Shown in pieces: positions 1 to 9,156 of a DNA stretch of 20,000 bases. Source of the stretch: Veleropilina oligotropha (Eukaryota); assembly GCA_048128005.1 (NCBI GenBank), contig JBEUKZ010000074.1, positions 59,397-79,396 on the forward strand, read 5' to 3'. The notes beneath the pieces were generated by a model. It worked only from the letters and a program-made list of their open reading frames with translations, did not search any database and was not told the origin of the DNA. Numbering within the stretch: the stretch's first letter is position 1; every line of letters begins with the position of its first letter. The position numbers were made by a program, and so were the translations under genes.

Positions 1-134
1 TATTTATAGGAGGGATATCTGTTCTGAATTAATTTCGCTAGTAGATGCGAAAGGATCACATCATGATTCAATTAATGATCTGCAACCTGATGAAATGGAA
101 ACTCCAGTTGAACAGAGGGCATGCCGAGAACAAC

Positions 135-540
135 ATGACCAGAGTGATTCTCCGAAGAAAAAATGTGACGCAGAGAAGACGAAGAACCATGTGGGTTCGG
201 TTCTGGATCCGTAGTCGACCGAGACTAGGGCAGTACGCCCGTCTCATGAGAAGATGGATGACATGAAATTGCTCGTGGGTTGGATCGAGATATTACAACT
301 ACAAAGGGTTCCATTCCATCGTCCTGGTGACCCTGGTGAACAAAGACTTCGAGTTCACCTGGGAGGATGTTGGTGCCAACGGATATGCCTGTGATGCCCA
401 AGTTTTAAACAACTCCGAGCTGAAAGACGCAATCTAAGACGACCCCACCAGCTCTCCCAAATTAGAAAAATAGCTGGTGATGGCAAAAAACTTGCCATAC
501 TTCCTCTGTTATTCACTATGAGGACATGGCTGATGAACTA
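135..540 (+). mobile_element. Harbinger/PIF DDE transposase remnant, internally deleted and with stop codons
   Basis: 135-266 reads MTRVILRRKNVTQRRRRTMWVRFWIRSRPRLGQYARLM, matching the Harbinger N-terminal pattern RRRxWVRxWxxRxxxGQYxxLM. 282-437, in the same frame, reads GSRYYNYKGFHSIVLVTLVNKDFEFTWEDVGANGYACDAQVLNNSELKDAI*, the DDE_Tnp_4 core (YNYKGFxSIVL...DVGANG...DAQ). LPYF and RTWLM pieces follow up to ~538. Confidence 0.9.
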
Positions 541-544
541 GCCC

Positions 545-847
545 AAGCCTCTTGAACCTTGGCCTTTTGATATTGTTTGGGTGATTTTCGGATTTCCTTA
601 ATCGCTTTGGTATAGAGTAGTTGGTTCTCCTTCACCCAGTCCTTGGGGTTAATCTCCTGGTTTCGGTGAGATTGGTCGGTGGTTTCTTTCTCTTCTACGA
701 TGGCTCCAAATGGATGGGAGCATCCGAGGGTTGCAAGGAAGTCCCGGCCTCGGGCTCCTCCGTATCAGAAGGCTCCGGAGTGTCAGCCTTCTTGTAGACC
801 ACCACAAGAGTAGCAGCAGGGACGGCCTTCTTAATCGCCGATGGCAT
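545..847 (-). mobile_element. Harbinger accessory Myb/SANT(MADF)-like protein remnant
   Basis: From the ATG at 847 the minus strand reads MPSAIKKAVPAAT...DTPEPSDTEEPEAGTS...S*KRKKPPTNLTE, then after a frameshift QEINPKDWVKENQLLYTKAIKEIRK. This resembles the start of MADF/Myb-like domains (LTxEQExxLxxWxKxNxxLYxK). It is convergent with the transposase, an arrangement seen in Harbinger elements. Confidence 0.65.
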
Positions 848-899
848 GTTGTTTGTCTGAATTCTGCAGCAGTTATGATCTACCGCTTGGGTATCACGT

Positions 900-1190
900 G
901 ACCGTCCGGGGTCGTCCGTAGCAACACCGTAATGCTACCGGGACGATTGTGGCAGCACCGCAGTGCTTACGTAACGCCACCGAACCTTGACCATCCGTAA
1001 CTCGACACCGTGAGCAATGTCTTGACACGGTGTTGAATCCGGTATGTTACCTACAACGGTCTACCACGGACCACCGTAGTCATACCGTAGCCATACCGTA
1101 CTGGCACCACCATGTTCCTTGCAAAATAATTAATCTGTTTCACGGACGGCCCCGTTGGTGAACCCGGATCCTCCGGGTGCATGCTTAACC
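900..1190. repeat. Harbinger subterminal region with dispersed ACCGTA(G)-like motifs
   Basis: CpG-rich tract with repeated (A)CCGTAG, ACCGTAA and ACCGTGA words near 916, 926, 995, 1007, 1073, 1084 and 1094, directly upstream of the Myb-like ORF start. Confidence 0.55.
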
Positions 1191-1197
1191 ATTCTTA

Positions 1198-1378
1198 AGC
1201 CCAGTTCTCACCTTCACACCGTAGCATGCACAAAATTTTGACCGCTTTCTACGGTCCTTCCCGGTGAACGTCGGAATAGTACGGTCACTCTCGGATCAAT
1301 CTACGACGCTTTACGAATCATTTCGGATGGCCACGGTGAGCTGAAAGTAGTGCGAACCGTGCAGGTGAGAACTGGGCT
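1198..1378. mobile_element. Harbinger/Tourist-type MITE, 181 bp
   Basis: Perfect 16-bp TIRs AGCCCAGTTCTCACCT (1198-1213) and AGGTGAGAACTGGGCT (1363-1378). TTA lies on both sides (1195-1197 and 1379-1381), the PIF/Harbinger 3-bp TSD. Confidence 0.9.
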
Positions 1379-2590
1379 TTAGTTCATCCTTGATATATGC
1401 GACTGTGGCATTATGGGCAACAATACATAGACGCGCGCCTTTATATTGAGGTGGGATTGGGAAGGTGGTGAACATGTATATGTTTACCTATGCACAGATT
1501 TACAAACTATATATAGTATTGCGGATGACATTTCTTAGAATCTGTGCGTACCAAATACATATAAAAAGCGTGATAAAATGTATTTTGTGAATTCAATAAA
1601 ACATAGTACATATTTATATTATGCGATAAGAGAATACCCATATTTATTTATCTGTTTGTGGATACTAATATTGTCCTTATCTAAAACACCATCGCAACCG
1701 AATGTCCTGATTATATATTTGCATGCCGTGTACGGATGCAAATAGTCAACCGATCTCGAATGCAAAGATATATTCATCCTTTGTATCGATTATTTGTTAC
1801 GAATTAGTTTTTCTAAAGAGAATTATTATTTTCTCTTGTCTATTGCTGTCCTATTTCGTTTGACAGAATTCCGTTAAAAGCAACGTTATCTTCATCTCAG
1901 CTGTCACGTGATAGGCATCCATTAGCGCTCTTTCGCCACTTTAGGTCTACTTCGCATTTTGTTTATTAATCATTTGGGGTTCGTTTCGTGTCTTGAATGT
2001 CCTATTTAAATGGAACTCTTTGTTTCGTGATCCTATAGTTTCGCGAGAAGGTAATTGATTTAAGTCTGGGAGATGCGTTATTTTCACGAAGTCTTCCATT
2101 AACACCTGATAAATGTACGTGAAGTAATTTGTCTTGTAACACCCGATTAACACAATGGTGTTTTACATATTGCGCAATAAGTGCAGGTTAATCTTAAGGA
2201 ATTGGCTCATTGATTTGGGAACCATATGCCAAGTCTACATTGCCCTGTAATTATGTGACGTTAGCGACCATGTAGTGGCACGTATGGAAAAATATTTAAA
2301 ATTTGCGCAGTCGATTTTTCGAACGCATCCCTGTGAAACAGAGTAAACAAGCGATTGAATTGGAAGCCTTGAGCTTATTCAGTTGACTACCGGGTGGCCC
2401 ATATCAATTAAAGGATGATCCTTTCGTAGAAGAATGTTGTATTCAACCATTTATTTTACCTTTGGGAATCAAATTTAGGTAGCCTATTAAATCCGACACA
2501 TAACTATAGATTTTATGCATATACACCACCCCTCCGATACTAGAGAATGCCGTATAATTACCATATTTCGTACATATTTCATGAACATAT

Positions 2591-3013
2591 GATATTGTCT
2601 TACCAATAACGATCCGCGCTCTTTATGCGGTATGCTGTTATTGCCCCCTGGAGATGGTTTTCCTAATGACAGAACTTGCTAATTTCACATTATTGGAAAT
2701 TCTTCATTCTTTATTTATTTCGTACAATGAATATTTCTTAGGTACGGTATTCTCTGAAGACGGGGCTCCCTGATTGAGTACGTGTATCTTCCGAATGTTT
2801 TGACTGTTATTGACATGGGATTTAGCCAGCATATTTATCATAAGCGATTAGCACCGATAGTGGAATTGATACCAGCGCAGCAGAGGTACCTTATGATCTG
2901 TTGATAATGATGATGGATCAAAGTAGACTGCATCAGGGATACCACGAGGTCAATAGTGCGGCTCGCTATCTACCAGTGAACATCGATATTGTCTTACCAA
3001 TAACGATCCGCGC
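2591..3013 (+). repeat. Dispersed 29-bp perfect direct repeat
   Basis: GATATTGTCTTACCAATAACGATCCGCGC at 2591-2619 and 2985-3013. Both copies are preceded by TGAACAT and followed by a similar (T/A)CT(T/A)TAT. Confidence 0.85.
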
Positions 3014-3022
3014 ACTATATAT

Positions 3023-3290
3023 CGATGCGTAATGTTTCCTTTTCTTGTTCACACAAAGACATGTTCATATTATCAATGGAGAAAAGTCCTGTCGTCCGGG
3101 AAAATTCCCTCTCACCGTCCAGTTACGGTCAAATGTGAGCGCCAACTGAACGAATATGTACCTCCGAGGATTCAAACACCCTCCCGTTAGACACAGCAGG
3201 GAAGCAAAGGAATTGATAGCCCGCCCACTAATCCATCTCTGTGTACCCCCTCCCGTTAGACAGAGCAGGCAAGCAAGGGAATTCATAAAT
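3023..3290 (-). mobile_element. tRNA-derived SINE (head type B), 5'-truncated, with a 40-bp internal duplication
   Basis: The reverse complement reads GAATTCCCTTGCTTGCCTGCTCTGTCTAAC..., B-box-like GTTTGAATCC, TTCGTTCAGTT, a central domain ending GACTTTTCTCC, GATAATATGAACATGTC, and tail ACATTACGCATC. It aligns with the 8615 and 13349 copies. 3179-3218 and 3248-3287 are 36/40 identical. Confidence 0.75.
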
Positions 3291-3981
3291 AAACAATTTT
3301 AAATACAGGAATATTTTCTGCATTAAAGCAGGCATTTTCAACATATGTTGTTGTCAGGTCTGTTGCTTGTAGCTGTAATGTATATATATATGGCCATATT
3401 TGCATCTATTTATACTGATTATCGCTTTCGAAGCTAGCAGAATTAAACTACTAATATATTCAATATACCTGTTGGTGGCTATTATCGTTGGATTCGTCGT
3501 TACTAATGTACGTAAAAGCTGAAAATTGTGAAAGATTAATGTTGTGCCCTCTGAGGATTTCTCTAGATTTTCGTTATTGCGACGTAAGTATTGATTATTT
3601 CCCCAGAAATTTAATTCGCCATTAACAATCAAAACGACAACACGATGAAGCTCTTTTCAGGTTTCATGTTATTGATATACAGTACTCGGTTAATTTACAT
3701 GCACGTGGTCGGTGTAAGGTTACAACTACGCTTGGTGAATTGTTCAACTGTTAAAAATCACCCGGGTCATTTTCGGTGGTACCAGAAAACGTGGGGTAAC
3801 ATTTTAAAAGTTGAATGTCTACCAAGTAAATAGTCATAGATACCAGTGATACAACCGAAAAACATTGCGATAAAAAGGTACACCATTTAATATATATCAT
3901 TATGTAAACAAGACAATCAAGGATTGCAAACCCGCGTTAGAACAGAACATAATACATTAATATCATCGAATTCCGAAAGTT

Positions 3982-4440
3982 AAACAAGAACGACGCGTTC
4001 GAAATATGTCTTGACCTTTCTTTATTTCCTTCAAATTTTCATAACAGTTATAACGTTACAATGGCTATATAAGTGCAAGCTTTCATGGCTTAATTTACTA
4101 CCCCGTCGATTGTGACGTCACCAAATGACGATTAATCTAAAGCGACGTCGTAATGACGTCATTGCTCTTTGCTTGCAATATTAGACATACGCTATATACA
4201 AATATGCATAAGTGCCTAATAAATGCATATTTTTGCAAAATTATGTCGCGAAAGTTATATACACGACCTACAAATAATCTTGGGAATGTGTGTACCAATT
4301 TTCAGGATATTGGTTCAGTAGTTTTCGAGAAAATCAGCGGATATATATAAGTATATAAGTATATATGTGTATATGTATATGCACACGGACCATTTGATAA
4401 TGTCTTGTCCTTTTTTACAAAAAAGTCAAGACATAAAAAT
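3982..4440 (-). mobile_element. Helentron-associated non-autonomous element (HINE/DINE-1-like), copy 1
   Basis: On + it starts AAACAAG, then the GAACG-acg-CGTTC stem-loop, subTIR ATGTCTTGAC, a central region, a TATATAAG-type microsatellite, and terminal palindrome ATGTCTTGTCCTTTTTTACAAAAAAGTCAAGACAT followed by AAAAA. This is the DINE-1/HINE layout read on the minus strand. A near-identical copy lies at 12068-12550. Confidence 0.8.
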
Positions 4441-4876
4441 GTGACCTATTTCATCACAGTTACCCTCCCCAGACAGCCATCAATGTATAGGTCCTAGATA
4501 ACTCACCAATCCATTGTCCAATGAGTTCAAGAACATGTTGTCGGGACAATAAAAACTCTTGTTGAGAGAATTATACAATTATCGATTTTTGCGGTGGCGA
4601 ATATGAAGTGAATTGAATCTAAAAAATGTATATTGAGCGAGGTCAATATTAGTTTTTTAGGTTCATATCACATCATATTTACAAACGAAAAATTACATAA
4701 CTGTTTTATTATATACTTCAACCACAAACATCTGTCTTATAATTATCAATTAAAAGTTCAGTTATGTCAATAAGAAATATACCACTTTAAACTATAGTTT
4801 GCAAAGTTTAAAATGTAAATTTCCAAAACAATTGGCGATTATTTAACAATAAAATAGTAATCAACTGCATATTAAC

Positions 4877-5064
4877 ATGAATATTTAAGGCCTAGTCACG
4901 TGTATAGGATCCGGCCAATGGAAGATGAATATTTAAGGCCTAGTCACGTGTATAGGATCCGGCCAATGGAAGATGAATATTTAAGGCCTAGTCACGTGTA
5001 TAGGATCCGGCCAATGGAAGATGAATATTTAAAGCCTAGTCACGTGTATAAGATCCGACCAATG
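4877..5064 (+). repeat. 48-bp minisatellite, ~3.9 units
   Basis: Unit ATGAATATTTAAGGCCTAGTCACGTGTATAGGATCCGGCCAATGGAAG is identical at 4877, 4925 and 4973. The unit at 5021 has three G>A changes and is truncated. Confidence 0.95.
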
Positions 5065-5316
5065 AGGGTGCGTTTATTTATAAAGTATATAATAATGCAA
5101 TTTTACGACCACTTTACGATTTTTCAGTCACGTCGAGTTCGGGTTCACGGCTTAACGTTTCTATCCGATCAAACGGAATTTGTCTACAACACCAAGCCGT
5201 TGCAGGCAGTGTCTAGCAACACGGTTACGATCCGAAGTTTAACGTCGTTATCCGATCAGTCGATTTTAAACTTTTAACTGTTCAACAGCACTGTCTCCAG
5301 ACACTGTCCTGTTATG

Positions 5317-6915
5317 TCATGGCTCCTCATCCGGGCACTGGTCAGGTTCAACGTTGTTGCATTTCCCTACACAACAGTCGCGAATATCCAGGGTTCCGGC
5401 AGCCCCATGAGACAATGCCCGAACTGGCTTGGCGCTTTTAAAAGACCATTTGATCGTATCGTGATGTTAAACAGCGGACCCGGATTGCCCTATGTCTTTT
5501 GAGTAAATCGTTGTAAATGTATCTTACGATAGGATATATACGCCACGGAGATATCAATTTTCAACGATAAGCGCATAGCTTTTCAATGTTAAATATTGCT
5601 ACTAGTATGCCCATTGTTTGAAATATATTCTGAACAACTTCATCTGTCGGTGTGAGTACCCGGAAATTTGTTATCCACAACTTCTTTGAAAAGATGGAGA
5701 TCTTATCATCCCAATTCGCAACACTGAAGTTGCAGCAAAACTTCCCTTAACGTCCTTCTCCAGTCAACAAATTTTCAGAGCCTCGTATTTCGCAAATTGC
5801 AACAAAGTCGAACAGAAACAGAAACACACGTACCAGTGTCAGCGACCAGACGTACAAATATTTGGATAAAGAATGCTGAATGTTGACGTTTCGCACACAA
5901 CAATCAATTCTCTGTCGCTGTCTGCGAAATGGTCCAACAACTTTTTTCCAAGGTATTCGTTAATTTCGCTCTTGGTGTCAACGTGAGACAGGAGTTGCGT
6001 CATATATACATTGTGGATGATCATATTATTTTATATGATGAGCTTGATTGGCGGTATAGACTCTTGGTTTGTGTTATTTCTTTGAATAACCCTTTAATAT
6101 ATCTCAACAGCTTGTTCATCATAATGATGTCTTTGTCTTGCGTGATCATACCATTTTTAATTGTTTGTTCTTTTGTAAATGTTCCTGCTACTGACTATGA
6201 CTGATTTCTGACATGGACTCCGTAACTAGTTGTCGCTGCGATTGCTGGAACCGAGCAACTAGTTGTCAATCTTCTCGTAGTTTGACAAATTTGTTCTCAA
6301 CACCAATGTTAGACATCATGGAAACGAGGTTCACAAGTTGCACTGATCCTCAATTCGCAAACTTCCCAAGAACACATGAAATCGTCTAAGCAGTGTTCGC
6401 AACGTGTTGTACCATTATTCATGTATGTTGGTACTGCTCTTTTGGAGATGGTTATGTCGGTCGTTCTGAAATAACGATCTTGAAAGTCTATGACCAAGCA
6501 AGTTAATTCAGGGGTTGGCAGCAAAACTATATTCCAGGCCGACTCTTTTTGTGTCAGTCCATGTGATTCCCCCTCAACCTTCACCTCTCGAAATTTACTG
6601 TTCAAGCGCCTGGTCCACGAAGATGCTAGTAAACGGTGTTCAGATTTATTGAGCAATAGTCACTTTCTTTTAAAACTTTTATAACGTCTCTGTGTCTGCA
6701 TCTCATTCCTCTGAGCCAAGCGCATTGGCATCAGTCGCCCATGCTTGTACAGATAATGTGCAAACAACTGTTTTATCTGTTTGTCGATAGCCGATACCCT
6801 AAAAATGACATTCAAACAAAAAAATATTTTGCTAGGGAATCGTCCGAAATCCAGTTTTAGGTAGCAGAAGGCCCCGACTACGTTGCGCGACTTGAAATAT
6901 TGAACGAACATTATC
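5317..6915 (-). mobile_element. Degenerate Academ-type (AcademX-like) DNA transposon ORF: transposase C-terminal part, XPG/FEN1-like nuclease and Cys-rich tail
   Basis: Collinear minus-strand motifs across frameshifts and stops: FAHYLYKHGRLMP (~6764, cf. FAHDxxNYARLxP); PFTSIFVDQALEQ (6636-6598); KVEGESHGLTQKESA...TPEL; VKLRED*QLVARF (6286-6248); YDE..RYIKG..KE.TQTK; MTQLLSHVDTKSEINEYLGKKLL (~6000); LYVWS..VFL..LLTGEG; NFSVANWDDK..SKKLW (~5730, H3TH-like); and IVSWGC..CCVGKCNN..DEEP* (stop at 5319-5317). The boundary near 6915 is approximate. Confidence 0.72.
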
Positions 6916-6964
6916 CCTGTGAGAAATATTTTTCGGACAGACATAACATATCTTTTTATATCGT

Positions 6965-7055
6965 GACCTTTTTGCCATTGTAACGTTAAAACTGTTCTGA
7001 AATATTTGACGGAAATAAAGAAATGGTCAAGACATATTCCCATCGTTCATGTTAA
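6965..7055 (+). mobile_element. Diverged 3'-terminal fragment of the same HINE family, in opposite orientation
   Basis: The reverse complement AACATGAACGATGGGAATATGTCTTGACCATTTCTTTATTTCCGTCAAATATTTCAGAACAGTTTTAACGTTACAATGGC aligns with the first ~95 bp of the 3982 and 12068 copies. Confidence 0.75.
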
Positions 7056-7360
7056 ATATATATTAACGATTGATCTAAGAGTAATCATAGGTATTTAGCG
7101 TTAAAGTCATGGTTTGTGAGTATACTTGCAACTACCACAGTTAAGTATCATAGTGTCATGACATTTGTATTGAAAATATAAATGTGCATGGTGGTTAGCT
7201 TGTTTGTCAACGGCATGTAGAAGAGCCAAACAGTGGAGTAGTCGATAACTCCAGTCATCCGTCAAAGTTAAAACTGAGCTGAACATATGATACGTTCAAC
7301 GTAATTTCACGACAAACGAACTTATTAAACGAATATATTGATATACACTTATGCAAACAA

Positions 7361-7568
7361 GCCCCACATGATAGCGCGTTGAGAAGATGCGGCTCCAACT
7401 TCAATCGCTGGGTTGATTTCGTTCGAATCATTGGCTGGCCACTTTGTTGAGGCTGCTGTCACAGGTGTCCATAACCGGAGGGCGAGTTCTGAACATTTTT
7501 TTATGCGATAATATATGAACATGATGTTCGCATGACCCCGACGGACGTAAAATGGTTCTTTAAGCATC
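7361..7568 (+). mobile_element. tRNA-derived SINE, old diverged copy
   Basis: A-box-like TAGCGCGTTG, B-box GTTCGAATC (7421-7429), CACAGGTGTCC...GAGGGCGAGTT central part, GCGATAATATATGAAC, and tail TTAAGCATC. Collinear with the 13349 copy. Confidence 0.6.
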
Positions 7569-8614
7569 CATCAAACCACACCAATACGATGTTTCAAACA
7601 AAACGTCACTCACAAAATAGCACACACAAAATACACATACTCTGTGTTAACGGTTATTGCAATGAATACGGAATAATATCAGTTCCCAATATGTTACACA
7701 CTGTTCATTAATAATGGGTATTTGTTAAGAAAGTGTGTCACTGTTTTCTAAATTGGTATATATATTATATAGAGCACCTGTTATTAAGCTATCTCTATAA
7801 AACCACCCGGAGATTGACCTGGACATATCCATCCTTGGTTCATATAATGAAAAAAATAAACTGAAAGCTACTGTCTAATTATTTTTGCATTAATCTCAAC
7901 ATATCGCAGTGGAAATAAAACACATTTGACTCGTGTGGTCACGGTTGCGATAAAACTGCGCGTATTCTGAAATAGAGAATTCCCACGTGTTCTAGATAAC
8001 GACGCTCACTTTTATTGAGGGAACCTCACGGGTTTCATTATTCTTCTCGCCGCTCTCCTGTGTTCCCCTTGGTTCTTGAGTTACGCTCCATTATAACCAA
8101 GCCATCACCATAATTCGAACTTTTTCATACATTTTACTATAATAGCGTTGCGTCTGCTGTTGCTGTTGTGCCTGAACTACAATCTAGATGAGCGCCGCGA
8201 GTAGCAATTACAGGAGGCATACACCACCGCGACTATAGAATAGATTCAAGTTCGTCATTAGCTCGATAATCGGGACTATATCTGGCAAGCTTTAAAGCGC
8301 TCTGCAAATTATACGACAAATAATCGAGAGCAATTCGCACAGGATAGGGGAATCTTTTGGATGTATCCGCGAATACAGTATCACAATTAGACAGGTAAGT
8401 AAAGCTATAGGAAGGAAGAATCATATACAGATACGAGTATAGACAATCGTGTATTTGATTCGGAGTAAGCAAACAAGTTACTCTGATAAAAATGTGCGGT
8501 CGTTAAACTATTATTACGACTCGTGTTATTTTTACATGCACAAGAACATGCGTATGTATTATTGAACAGTTGCGAAATCATGTATATCCTGTATACTTTT
8601 TACAAAATACAAAA

Positions 8615-8864
8615 GGTCGCACCAGTAGCAGAGTGGATAAGAGTGTAGACTCCGAATTCCCTCGGTTGACTGGTCTGTCTTACACGGTGCGTTCGAGCCT
8701 CGGTTGGGGAATTCTTTGTTCAGTTACCAATCACAGTTCCGCATGATTGCTCTGTGAGGGTGGTTTTTCCGGGTCGCCTTCCGCGATAATATGGATATGT
8801 CCTGGAATGACCTGAAGGTTGCTAAAACAGAACATTAAACACTGTTCCCATTAAGCACTGTTCC
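8615..8864 (+). mobile_element. tRNA-derived SINE (head type B), near full length
   Basis: A-box TAGCAGAGTGG, B-box GTTCGAGCC, TTTGTTCAGTT..ATCACAGTT, GAGGGTGGTTTTTCCGGG, GCGATAATATGGATATGTCCTG. The tail CATTAARCACTGTTCC is duplicated in tandem (8833-8848 and 8849-8864). Confidence 0.8.
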
Positions 8865-8929
8865 AAGCCAAAACCTCTAATTCCTGGACCTATCATAAGG
8901 GAATTATGAGGAGTTCTTTCCTTTCGTTG

Positions 8930-9156
8930 GTTTCCGTTGGAGACTTCGAAAATCACTGCCTTGATTCCGCTGACACGAACAGTAGTGGGTTCGAATATAG
9001 GTTGGGACGTGATATTATTTGTTCAAGTTATGAATCACAGTTGTCCCTATAACTGGTCGGAGAGGGCGGGTCTCCCTGAGCGAACGGGCTTTCCTCTTGC
9101 GATAGTATGGACATGTCCGACAGTCAGTCCTGCTTTGAACCTGATGGTTGTAATAT
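8930..9156 (+). mobile_element. tRNA-derived SINE (head type A), with a degenerate 5' end
   Basis: CTTGATTCCGCTGACACGAACAGTAGTGGGTTCGAAT, TTATGAATCACAGTTGTCC, GAGGGCGGGT, TTTCCTC, GGACATGTCC and TTGAACCT..GTTGTAA closely match 13349-13649. Confidence 0.8.

Noticed and set aside
1947..2153. Minus-strand 68-aa ORF with a possible acceptor (TTTATCAG|GT)
   Set aside because: No recognisable homology and no partner exon; length is compatible with chance.
3745..3812. Short imperfect inverted repeat (AACTGTTAAAAAT...ATTTTAAAAGTT)
   Set aside because: AT-rich, short and mismatched, with no TSD; not distinguishable from chance.
4877..5064. CRISPR-like appearance of the regular repeats
   Set aside because: Units are head-to-tail with no unique spacers, there are no cas genes, and the context is eukaryotic.
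4900..5277. 125-aa ORF with a 16-aa repeat (YRIRPMEDEYLRPSHV)
   Set aside because: Results from a 48-bp minisatellite unit divisible by three; no recognisable domain or splice context.
5070..5280. Possible terminus or TIR of the Academ relic, with a TTAACG..TATCCGATCA motif at ~5151 and ~5239
   Set aside because: No matching inverted partner or TSD could be identified in the window.
5995..6660. Possible Mutator/NOF-like transposase (WTRRL.., MYI/DAT)
   Set aside because: Alternative frames give a much longer collinear match to the Academ-type motif series (DQALEQ, KLRED, LLSH..TK), so the DAT match appears coincidental.
8615..8710. tRNA gene, also considered at 13349-13445
   Set aside because: A and B boxes are present, but I see no convincing cloverleaf or oligo-T terminator, and the sequence continues into a shared SINE body and tail.
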